From: a virus | Lineage: Duplodnaviria; Caudoviricetes | Length of the DNA stretch: 64,000 bases | IMG/VR virus record: IMGVR_UViG_3300037692_000137 | Coordinates: 160,001-224,000 of that record | Strand: one strand, 5' to 3' | Part shown: piece by piece, positions 38,910 through 47,211 of the stretch | Numbering within the stretch: position 1 is the first letter of the stretch | Layout of the letters: each line of letters opens with the position of its first letter | Notes under the pieces: model-generated | Told to the model about the DNA's origin: nothing | The model's input: the letters and a program-made list of their open reading frames with translations, nothing else | Database searches by the model: none | Position numbers and translations under genes: made by a program

Positions 38910-39152
38910 CTACCATATAAGTAGATTACTACTATATTTATACATGTGCATTCTCTTAAAATCTAATTCATAAGTATCCACTATATTACTTGGTAAAACG
39001 TGTAACAACTGTTTTAAAGCTAAAGTAGCATAACAGTCTGCTGACACCAGCTGTTCTAGTGTAACACAGCTATTATAAACCCGTCTAACTTTTTTTATCA
39101 AAGCCAAACTTTTTTTATACTCTAATTTATCCTTATTTCTTACGATAAACAT
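38910..39152 (-). CDS. Hypothetical protein
   Basis: GGAGG RBS. Confidence 0.5.
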   Translation of the reverse strand: MFIVRNKDKLEYKKSLALIKKVRRVYNSCVTLEQLVSADCYATLALKQLLHVLPSNIVDTYELDFKRMHMYKYSSNLLIW

Positions 39153-39188
39153 AAACCCCTCCCCTCACAGACTACAAGTTATTTTAAT

Positions 39189-39407
39189 TTAGTGTAGTAT
39201 AATATTTACTAATGTACACCTCTCTTTAGAGTAGTTAGCTTCTAAGCAATCCATTTCTAGCTTCTTACATCTACACTTGTAAACAACCTTGAACATCTTA
39301 TTACTATCTACTATTTCCCATGCGTCTTGTCTACTACCATAAGGACACCTAAAGAAGTTATCCATCCTATCAACTCTTTTACTTATTAGTGTTTCATCTA
39401 TTGCCAT
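39189..39407 (-). CDS. Hypothetical protein
   Basis: GAGGAG RBS. Confidence 0.5.
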   Translation of the reverse strand: MAIDETLISKRVDRMDNFFRCPYGSRQDAWEIVDSNKMFKVVYKCRCKKLEMDCLEANYSKERCTLVNIILH

Positions 39408-39662
39408 GTGTACTCCTCTATGTTATCTTTATCATGGTCGATGGGTTTTATAGCGCCCGAAATTATTTTTTACAATAAAAAGGGCAGTGCTTTTTACACT
39501 ACCCTTTCAGGCTTCCGATATTGCCTTTGTTACACACCTTTATCACAAGTTACTCCACTCCCAGCCGTTTTTATTTTAGTTTTAATTCACTCACTGCCTA
39601 ATAGGTTAGTTTATAATAATATAGTATACTATCCATAGTATCTACCATATTAAAGTAGACAT

Positions 39663-39984
39663 GTTAAAATCGTTATATACTATTAAAATCGTTATATACT
39701 ATTCGATAGATAATCTAGTAGACAACTTATATGCTCATATATTTATACCATCGATAAATTAGTTATACTGATTATACTGGAGTTGTAGTATACCTTACTA
39801 TAACTTTATACCCATTATCACACTAATCTACCTTATAACTAAGACTACACCACTATACTATAATACTACATTAATGGCAGTGCTGGCTTACTCTACTCTA
39901 GTTTACTAGTTTATTGTGTTACTAGTTTATATAATACTCTACGGTAGGACTACTCTACTCTACTCTACTCTACTCTACTCTACT
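39663..39984. repeat. Direct repeat and (TACTC)n microsatellite in the divergent intergenic gap
   Basis: TTAAAATCGTTATATACTA x2 near 39663; (TACTC)6 at 39951-39980. Confidence 0.8.
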
Positions 39985-40272
39985 ATTATATTACTATACT
40001 ATCATGGTCATCTATTTATAGGTCCGCAAACTATTTTATTGTATACACCTACATACAAACGCTATCGTTGTTATGTAGTTGAAATTTAAATAAAATATAG
40101 CCAAAGGGACCCATATAGTAAGTCATGTAGAAAGGTATATATTACAGACTTATAGGGCCCCCTTATGCGCATTTTTGATTTTTACCCTGAGTAATGATGG
40201 TTTGTTTTTTACCTGTATTGTGAAGGATTACCCTTCTATTTATTAATCTTTAGTCCTGTAAGGAGATTTGTC

Positions 40273-40545
40273 ATGTCTACATCTATTATTTTAGCGCGGC
40301 CTTCAAACCTCTCAAATACTTTCTCTTCCTCCGATGGTAAAATCACTGCTATCGCTGGCCGTTGTGGTGAATTTGACAATGCCCACGTTCTGGAGGTTAT
40401 CACCCCTAAGGGCACCTACCACCTTTCGGGGGACAGGCTTGGTCAGAATCTTACCCGTTACACTGGCTATGCCCCAGAACACTTCCTTATAGCAAAGTAC
40501 GATAAAGGTTCTATTATCCTTAGCTGGACACCTTATCGTAAGTAA
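40273..40545 (+). CDS. 90-aa hypothetical protein, possible paralog of 40942..41214
   Basis: AAGGAG RBS; TPKGTYHL motif. Confidence 0.65.
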   Translation: MSTSIILARPSNLSNTFSSSDGKITAIAGRCGEFDNAHVLEVITPKGTYHLSGDRLGQNLTRYTGYAPEHFLIAKYDKGSIILSWTPYRK

Positions 40546-40570
40546 TTATAAGGTATACGCCTTGTACTAA

Positions 40571-40636
40571 TGTCGAAACCCCGCTATGAGGGGGCCTGTT
40601 AGGACTGGACCCCCTAATACTGATGATGATAGACCA
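40571..40636 (+). ncRNA. Type II hammerhead ribozyme, copy 1 (C at position 16.1)
   Basis: UGUC GAAA CCCC..GGGG CC UGUUAGG..CCUAAUA CUGAUGA U GAUA GACCA. Confidence 0.75.
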
Positions 40637-40669
40637 ACTACTAACCTTTTATCCTGTAAGGAGGATGCC

Positions 40670-40906
40670 ATGAACATTCAACACATCTGTAAGTCCCAAA
40701 CTAATTGTAAAGCACAGCCTGCTGCCAATTGTGCTGGTTGTTTCTACTACGACACCGTAAAAGAAACTGCTATATGTGTATGCTGTAACCTGGCGGCTGA
40801 CCAAGGCAGTGAGTACTGTGGCTTCTGTAATCCAGTCTACCAAGAGCGTTTCAGGAAAGCAGTTATCCGTGAATCCGCTGGCCTTCATAGTGAGTATGAT
40901 ATTTAG
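40670..40906 (+). CDS. Cys-rich small protein
   Basis: Start re-called at MNIQHIC after AAGGAGG; many CxxC. Confidence 0.65.
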   Translation: MNIQHICKSQTNCKAQPAANCAGCFYYDTVKETAICVCCNLAADQGSEYCGFCNPVYQERFRKAVIRESAGLHSEYDI

Positions 40907-40941
40907 TCATCTCAACAACCTTTTATCCTAGGAGGATAACC

Positions 40942-41214
40942 ATGAGCAAACACGTCGCAAAACAACAGCACTCTTTCCCTTTAACAGCAGTAAAGACTGT
41001 AGGTAAACAGTCAGTTCTATTTGAGACCACTCCTGCTGGGTTCTCAGTAGCTTGGTGCGACAGTACTCCTGATAGAGTTACCCTCACAACCCCTAAGGGT
41101 AAGTACACTCTTATCAAGCACAGAACATTGGGCTACTACCACGGTGTTTGTGGTGGGTTTAAGGTTCAGGTATCACTTAAAGTCCAGGTGGGTGAGCTTC
41201 GAGCCTGGTATTAA
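40942..41214 (+). CDS. 90-aa hypothetical protein
   Basis: GGAGG RBS; TPKGKYTL motif. Confidence 0.65.
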   Translation: MSKHVAKQQHSFPLTAVKTVGKQSVLFETTPAGFSVAWCDSTPDRVTLTTPKGKYTLIKHRTLGYYHGVCGGFKVQVSLKVQVGELRAWY

Positions 41215-41218
41215 CCAC

Positions 41219-41282
41219 TGTCGAAACCCCTCTATGAGGGGTCTATTAGGGCCGGCCTCCTAATATTGATAATGACAGGCCA
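41219..41282 (+). ncRNA. Type II hammerhead ribozyme, copy 2 (U3-A8 variant)
   Basis: UGUC GAAA CCCC..GGGG UC UAUUAGG..CCUAAUA UUGAUAA U GACA GGCCA; loop-I GGCC pseudoknot. Confidence 0.85.
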
Positions 41283-41318
41283 ACTAACACAACCTTTTAT
41301 CCTGATGGAGGGATACCC

Positions 41319-41420
41319 ATGAAAGAATTACTTACAGCAGATGAGTCTTTTGAGAATGTAGCACATATACTTGAAGTATTAGCCCTGGCAGATGAGGCTG
41401 ATTTTGAGTTTATTAATTAA
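41319..41420 (+). CDS. 33-aa acidic peptide
   Basis: GGAGG RBS; MKELLTADESFENVAHILEVLALADEADFEFIN. Confidence 0.55.
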   Translation: MKELLTADESFENVAHILEVLALADEADFEFIN

Positions 41421-41490
41421 CATTTTTTTGCCAGATCTATGTGGCGTAGCATTACCCTATACAGCTGCTAAGCAGCAAAGGAGCAGTATT

Positions 41491-41691
41491 ATGTTTATTT
41501 GTGAGGTATGTGGCTGTGCTTTTGGCGGAGACTGGTCGCCGGTATGTGATAAACAAACGTGCTATGATGCCTTCATGCAGCATGCCTGCACTGATGAGGA
41601 GAACTGGGGGCCTGAGGACGGTGGATGTTGCCCTTGTAACAGCCCCAGTTGTGATGGCACTTGTGCTAAACAACAAGGAGAACTACTATGA
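41491..41691 (+). CDS. Cys-rich small protein
   Basis: AAGGAG RBS; start re-called. Confidence 0.6.
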   Translation: MFICEVCGCAFGGDWSPVCDKQTCYDAFMQHACTDEENWGPEDGGCCPCNSPSCDGTCAKQQGELL

Positions 41692-41897
41692 ACTGTATTA
41701 AAAACTGTGTTAAATGTGTCGAGTCTGAGTGTGCTTCCCACCCACTTAAAGCACAACTTAAGAAGTGTACTCGTTGTGGAGCTATGGAGGTATTAACAAT
41801 CACAGAGTATGGGGCCACAGCTTCCTGCCCTAACGATAAGCACCCCGCTCGTATCCTTAGCGCAGCCAGCAACGTATGGGCGGCTATGGGTTGCTAA
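41688..41897 (+). CDS. Cys-rich small protein
   Basis: AAGGAG RBS; overlaps the previous stop. Confidence 0.6.
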   Translation: MNCIKNCVKCVESECASHPLKAQLKKCTRCGAMEVLTITEYGATASCPNDKHPARILSAASNVWAAMGC

Positions 41898-41947
41898 CTA
41901 CCAATGGGCCAGGACCACATGACTGACCCAAACTAAGGAGTTATAGT

Positions 41948-42235
41948 ATGAAGATAAACAACGCATTAAAAAGACTCATTGAAGAGGCCTTATCAGAGGC
42001 TAAGGCGGCCTCTACTGAGTACGTTGTAGTAAGATGCTTGTTCAGGCACGCTCTTTGTCGCAAAACACGCCTTTCTAAGGGCCAGGCTACATGGGTATGG
42101 CACAACATAGTATACGTTGACCCTAAGCATGTATGTGGCAGGGAGCAGCGTGGTGAAATAAGTAGGTCTGACCAATGCGGGTTCAGATGTATCTCGCCTT
42201 TAGGCAACTGTCCTGACTTTAAACTTTCGCTCTAA
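41948..42235 (+). CDS. Hypothetical protein
   Basis: AAGGAG RBS. Confidence 0.6.
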   Translation: MKINNALKRLIEEALSEAKAASTEYVVVRCLFRHALCRKTRLSKGQATWVWHNIVYVDPKHVCGREQRGEISRSDQCGFRCISPLGNCPDFKLSL

Positions 42236-42247
42236 GGAGACATCACC

Positions 42248-42499
42248 ATGACTGCTAATACTGTCACTACTACCAATGAACATCCGCCGTTTGTAACCAC
42301 TGGCAGCGGTGTTGGCCCATCATTTGTAACCACCTATGAATGTATCATAGGATGGAAAGCTGTTTTGATTACTTGGGACGCTGAGTTTGGTTATATTCCA
42401 GATACTACTGCCTACTTCGCTCATCCAACTGAAGACGTTGCTATCGAGGATGCTAAGCAGTGGGCGGAAGCCGAAGGAATTGAGTACCGTCCGCGCTAA
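42248..42499 (+). CDS. Hypothetical protein
   Basis: AAGGAG RBS; ends A.E.AKQWAEAEGIEY. Confidence 0.65.
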   Translation: MTANTVTTTNEHPPFVTTGSGVGPSFVTTYECIIGWKAVLITWDAEFGYIPDTTAYFAHPTEDVAIEDAKQWAEAEGIEYRPR

Positions 42500-42538
42500 A
42501 TAGTTTATTTATCTCTAACCTTTTTCAGGAGAATTACC

Positions 42539-43300
42539 ATGAAATCTATTAAATCAATCGCAGTAGTAGCAATCATTGTTCTTTCACTCGTAGCCTGTAA
42601 ACAAGAGGCTATGGTTAGTGCTCCTCAGCCCGCGGTAGTAGTTGGTAACGTATACACCACTGATGTTCTGCGTTATGAGGGCGACATTGTTAATAACATG
42701 CCCAATGGTAAGGGTGTTATCACCTTCATCTGGGGTGATACTTATGCCGGAGATGTTGTCAACGCACTACCTAATGGCGGAGGTGTTATGCGTTATGTGG
42801 ATGGCAGTATCTACCGCGGGCAGTGGAAGGACGGCCTGCGTGACGGGCATGGCAGGTTTGACTCATCTGATGGCAGCCGGTATAATGGTTCCTGGGTAGC
42901 AGGGAGTAAGCATGGCCAGGGAACACTTACAGTGGATGGCCTTAGCCAGACGGGTACCTTTGAGAAAGACCAGCCCAAACGTGTTGTGGTTTTGGATACT
43001 AATACCTGTATCGAAGGTAACTGTCGCACAGGCTATGGTATTAAACGCACAGCAGACGGTGTTTACTCTGGTGACTTCGAAAACGGTGACTTCCATGGAC
43101 AAGGCACATTTAAGTATAGCAATGGTGATACCTACAAGGGCAGCTTTCTCAAGGGACACATGTTTGGTGCTGGAAGGCTTACCAGCCCCAATAACCATTG
43201 TGTAACCATGGGTATCTGGGAAAGAGGTAAATGGGTTGAGGGTAACAGACGTTACGATGACGGTACACCTGAGTACATTCTTATGAGACACATTCTGTAA
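42539..43300 (+). CDS. MORN-repeat lipoprotein
   Basis: Lipobox LVAC; YxGxWxxGxxHGxG repeats; C.EGNC..GYG. Confidence 0.85.
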   Translation: MKSIKSIAVVAIIVLSLVACKQEAMVSAPQPAVVVGNVYTTDVLRYEGDIVNNMPNGKGVITFIWGDTYAGDVVNALPNGGGVMRYVDGSIYRGQWKDGLRDGHGRFDSSDGSRYNGSWVAGSKHGQGTLTVDGLSQTGTFEKDQPKRVVVLDTNTCIEGNCRTGYGIKRTADGVYSGDFENGDFHGQGTFKYSNGDTYKGSFLKGHMFGAGRLTSPNNHCVTMGIWERGKWVEGNRRYDDGTPEYILMRHIL

Positions 43301-43390
43301 TTGTCGCTTCTCTCTGCTTATCTCCCGTTAGGTAAGCAGGGGTTAGGAGACAAGAACAATAATAACCCTATCATGAAAAGGAGAAATATC

Positions 43391-43588
43391 ATGACCGCAC
43401 AATTACGTTGGTTCGAGCGCATTCATCAGGCCGTTGTTGTTACACAAGATAAAGTGTGTAAATATCAAATTCACAATATGGAGGAGTTGGAAGTAGCCAT
43501 TAAAGTATTAGAAAGTATGTTCAGTACTAGTGCTAAGCTGGTTAGTTCTAAGAAGCCAGATGTGTTCATATTTAACTTCAACAAATAA
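43391..43588 (+). CDS. Hypothetical protein
   Basis: AAGGAG RBS; start re-called. Confidence 0.55.
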   Translation: MTAQLRWFERIHQAVVVTQDKVCKYQIHNMEELEVAIKVLESMFSTSAKLVSSKKPDVFIFNFNK

Positions 43589-43769
43589 AAGGAGACACAC
43601 GCCATGTCATTACGTTCAATTGTATGTACGTGTCGCCGCACCCAGACAAGCCACACTTTCTTGTCGATTGGGCGACTATAAATAGGCATTAGGCCCAAAG
43701 CGCCCCTATCTATACCAGGTAGGGGGTTGCTCTCTGTGTTAGTTTATTAACTTTATATAAGGAGATTGT

Positions 43770-44054
43770 ATGTCATATATCACACTTATTCATTGGACTA
43801 TGCGCATATTTAAGAGTTCTTCTGTTCTTACTGTGCATGAAAAACAGATTATTTATGAAGTGCCTTTTTCCGGTTTATATGACGCTAAGTACATGCGTTA
43901 TTTATTAATAAATAGGCTTATTCCAAAAGGAGAGTTAAGCGAATTAGATAAGTACATAAAAGAGGTACTTGTAGATGAATGGGATAAAGCATTAACAATA
44001 AGGGTGTGTGTTATTATACGCTATAACGCTGTCATAGGAGGTAGTCATGCCTAA
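43770..44054 (+). CDS. Hypothetical protein
   Basis: AAGGAG RBS. Confidence 0.55.
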   Translation: MSYITLIHWTMRIFKSSSVLTVHEKQIIYEVPFSGLYDAKYMRYLLINRLIPKGELSELDKYIKEVLVDEWDKALTIRVCVIIRYNAVIGGSHA

Positions 44055-44235
44055 ACAAAAAGGAGACACGTTGGTGCTTTATCAAAACATGTCAGACGGT
44101 CATTGGGTTAGGGGGTACTGCCTTTCGCCCGCATGTGCATGTAGTAACTACAGGAAAACACATTGTGACAATGGAACATGTCGTTTCTATAAAGAAGAGT
44201 TTATTTCTATTAAACAGAAAGGGGGTAGCTCATGA
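44047..44235 (+). CDS. Small Cys-containing protein
   Basis: GGAGG RBS. Confidence 0.55.
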   Translation: MPKQKGDTLVLYQNMSDGHWVRGYCLSPACACSNYRKTHCDNGTCRFYKEEFISIKQKGGSS

Positions 44236-44400
44236 CTATAAGCACAGTAGCAAGGTGCTCTGTATGTAAACAATTAAAGAGATATTTCTATTTCTCTTTA
44301 TCTGAGCAGGCTAAACTAAAACCAGCCGTGTGTAATGACTGTTTTGACTCAGTCAATGTACCTTTATTCACAATTATTGGCGTTGGGGGGGGGTAATATT

Positions 44401-44607
44401 ATGAGCACGTTCTTTATCACGATGGGTGTTGCTGCAGATGGGGGCTTTCAGCCGGTAAAAGCTGTAAAGCTGCCTAATAGCCGGATAGCTGTAGTAAACA
44501 GGAGCCCAATTACTACGCACTGTCCAGAGTTAGCAGAGGAGATAGCAGAGGCTTGGGCAAAAGAGGAAGGCTTAATCTACAACAAGAAGGAGAATGACTA
44601 TGTTTAA
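44401..44607 (+). CDS. Hypothetical protein, C-terminus similar to 42248..42499
   Basis: LAEEIAEAWAKEEGLIY. Confidence 0.55.
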   Translation: MSTFFITMGVAADGGFQPVKAVKLPNSRIAVVNRSPITTHCPELAEEIAEAWAKEEGLIYNKKENDYV

Positions 44608-44830
44608 ACTCGACTCTCAGAACATACTTATTGGTGCTGTTATTGTAACAATTATCTGGTTCTTCAATTACATATTGGGTTCCATGCTGATTATTATAGC
44701 AGCAAGTGTTATCGGGTTGTTTATGTTTAACTGGCTTGGTAGTATATTCCGTAAGGATACAACAAAGCCCAAAGATAAGGCAAAAGACCCAACAGACTTG
44801 TCAGGGGCATTTAAGGAGACTAAACCATGA
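44594..44830 (+). CDS. Small membrane protein
   Basis: Two hydrophobic segments; AAGGAG RBS. Confidence 0.6.
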   Translation: MTMFKLDSQNILIGAVIVTIIWFFNYILGSMLIIIAASVIGLFMFNWLGSIFRKDTTKPKDKAKDPTDLSGAFKETKP

Positions 44831-45003
44831 AGATAGTAAAGGTAGTTTGCTCGTGGTGTATTGCTGAGGGGTTTCCTGTGACCCCTTTACATGAAATAGA
44901 GGTGCCTGATGATGTTGAAGGAGATTCACACGGTATCTGCGAGTACCACGCCTCAGAGTTGGAAGAGATGCTGACGTTATACATGGAGTATGATGAGGAG
45001 TAA
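44827..45003 (+). CDS. 58-aa metal-binding protein (below cutoff)
   Basis: VCSWC...SHGICEYH motif; AAGGAG RBS. Confidence 0.6.
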   Translation: MKIVKVVCSWCIAEGFPVTPLHEIEVPDDVEGDSHGICEYHASELEEMLTLYMEYDEE

Positions 45004-45084
45004 AGATATCAAACTTAATTACAAAGGAGACAGCAAAAATGTTCACATAACCTAAGGGAGGTGGTGCCTATGAGATAAGCGTTA

Positions 45085-45175
45085 GGGTTTAACGTGAAGG
45101 GCAAACCCGGAGCAATCCGGGGACGCAAAGCTATGGGCCCTCATTGTGAGGGCAGCCAGGTTACCAAACAAACCG
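45085..45175 (+). promoter_or_regulatory. c-di-GMP-I (GEMM) riboswitch
   Basis: GAAGGGCAAACC-CGGAGCAATCCG-GGGACGCAAAGC..GGGCCCTC..GAGGGCAGCCAGGTTACC follows the GEMM layout; G at the position-20 equivalent. Confidence 0.92.
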
Positions 45176-45193
45176 AATTACAGGAGAATTACC

Positions 45194-46162
45194 ATGAAGA
45201 AATCAATCGTTATTTCCGCAATCGTTTCTCTTATTTCTATTATGTCTACCTCATCAGCACAGGGTGAACTCATTGATGGTCGTTTTACTGTTCTGGATAC
45301 CACTACCAATTACGAATGGCAGAAACACCCCTTCGTGTATACCAATTGGTATGACGGTAAGGACCAATGTGAAGACCTCGTTATGGATGGGCATGATGAT
45401 TGGGTTATGCCTATGCCCGGCCATTTGAGAACAATCAAGGGCGTTATCCAGTACCTGGCATACAACTACATGTACTACCACACAATCAAAGAGTATTCAG
45501 CTACGGCGGACTACTCATACAACATTGATACTGGTGTTGTTGGTGTTGTATCCAAATACAATCTTGGCAACGTTCGTTGTATGCGGGATGCTTCGGCTGA
45601 TATGGCTGAGGTTATTACCAGCGTAACTATCCAGAAAACCGGATATTACACGATGGCCACTTCCATTGCCAACGTAACTGGCATGGTATCAGCATTTGTT
45701 GATGGTGTTCTGGTGGCTTCTTACAATACCGACTATATCAACACACCTGTTGGTATTGGCAATCTTACCGCCGGCCAGAATCTGGAAGTTACGGTCAATG
45801 GCGACAAGGCCGAGGGCATCAACGAAATCGATTGGCAGAGTTGGGATATGACCTTTTCTGCCGGTGACATCGAAATCTATGTCGAAGACCCTCCGGTACC
45901 CAACAATTGTGTTGCCGCTGAGCCTACTGAAGAACTGCCCCCGCCGGTGATTGTTGAGGTGGGTATTACCAAGGCGCAAGTACTCAACAGTAAGAACAAG
46001 AGTACTTTAACGTTGGTATTGAACGTCCCTGAACAGATTACTATGGGAGACGGCCCCGCAGACTTCACGTTCTTCGTTTACAAGAATGGTTCAGATGTTG
46101 CGTATGTAGGTTCCACCGTAATGACACACAAGGGGAATGGTAACATCATTTCCAATAAGTAG
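45194..46162 (+). CDS. Secreted DUF1566 (Lcl C-terminal) domain protein
   Basis: Signal peptide; TVLDTTTNYEWQK, WYDGKDQCEDL..GHDDWVMP, VRCMR; AGGAG RBS before 45194. Confidence 0.8.
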   Translation: MKKSIVISAIVSLISIMSTSSAQGELIDGRFTVLDTTTNYEWQKHPFVYTNWYDGKDQCEDLVMDGHDDWVMPMPGHLRTIKGVIQYLAYNYMYYHTIKEYSATADYSYNIDTGVVGVVSKYNLGNVRCMRDASADMAEVITSVTIQKTGYYTMATSIANVTGMVSAFVDGVLVASYNTDYINTPVGIGNLTAGQNLEVTVNGDKAEGINEIDWQSWDMTFSAGDIEIYVEDPPVPNNCVAAEPTEELPPPVIVEVGITKAQVLNSKNKSTLTLVLNVPEQITMGDGPADFTFFVYKNGSDVAYVGSTVMTHKGNGNIISNK

Positions 46163-46216
46163 TCTAACCAAAGGGGCGCCCTATCTGGGCGTCCCTACAC
46201 CCAATGAGGTAATATT

Positions 46217-46618
46217 ATGACAGGGCACTATAAACGTGGCATATACCACACAAATCAAGGCTTTGTTCACGTATATGCTCTCGAAAGTAAATGGTTGTAT
46301 AAACGCGTATCCTTATCCTGTTTTACTGATGTTGTAGAAGAAATGAATCAAGACACGTGGGATACTTGTGATGAAGTTAACGACTTGAACATATTAGCCA
46401 GATTTACACGCCCGGCTGATATTAGTGACACATTCAGGATATGTGATGGAGCATCTACTTGCTTAAAGAACTGTTCAGCCAAGAAAGTACCTAATTCTGC
46501 TACGTGGATATCTACAGCAGTTTTAAATAATCCTTCCGCCTGTATTCACTCAGACCACATAGATGGGGAAGAGCACGATTGTACGTACACAACTGTTTAT
46601 GCCAAGTTAAAGCGTTAA
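46217..46618 (+). CDS. Hypothetical protein
   Basis: GAGG RBS. Confidence 0.55.
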   Translation: MTGHYKRGIYHTNQGFVHVYALESKWLYKRVSLSCFTDVVEEMNQDTWDTCDEVNDLNILARFTRPADISDTFRICDGASTCLKNCSAKKVPNSATWISTAVLNNPSACIHSDHIDGEEHDCTYTTVYAKLKR

Positions 46619-46867
46619 CAATTCTTCCTGCTCATCAACTATTAGATGAGCGGGGCTGAGTAGTTAAACCCGTACCACTTAATCTCTATACCAAGGAGGA
46701 GACCCATGAAACCAAAGTGTGGCTGTACCGAATATGTGCTATGTGACAGATGTGCTATCATCCTGATGATGAAGATATTGTATTCATTTAGAAACGGTAT
46801 TAAAAACGATACCACTACAACTACTAATACTGAACCTAAATAATTTATTCACTTGTGGAGGTGTACT

Positions 46868-47191
46868 ATGTTGGAAAAATGTAATGTTATCGAAAATAGT
46901 GTGTTGTGTGGTGAACCCGTACTTACAGATGGTGCTTGTTATGACCACTGTGTTCCCTGTACTGTATGTGGTGAGCCTATTTCTAAACTTAAAGACAAAC
47001 CTGTATGTGACTTGTGTGCGTACACCTCAGTACAGATGATTCCTGTCTATGTATGGCCGGATGATACGTGGATGTATGCGCATGAGTATAACGATGTTGA
47101 GGATGCCTGGCGGGGTGATGATTACACCATCAAATACTTCTCTGGGGATTCTACGTATGAAGAAGTTGATGAGGCAGTATTGTCAAAGTAA
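46868..47191 (+). CDS. Zn-finger-like hypothetical protein
   Basis: GGAGGT RBS; repeated CxxC. Confidence 0.6.
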   Translation: MLEKCNVIENSVLCGEPVLTDGACYDHCVPCTVCGEPISKLKDKPVCDLCAYTSVQMIPVYVWPDDTWMYAHEYNDVEDAWRGDDYTIKYFSGDSTYEEVDEAVLSK

Positions 47192-47211
47192 ACACTTGTG
47201 GAGGTGTGCTT

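Noticed and set aside
40586-40669. N-terminal extension of ORF 40586..40906
   Set aside because: It overlaps hammerhead 1; the strong RBS supports ATG 40670
45146-45193. N-terminal extension of the DUF1566 ORF
   Set aside because: It lies inside the riboswitch; RBS and signal peptide support 45194
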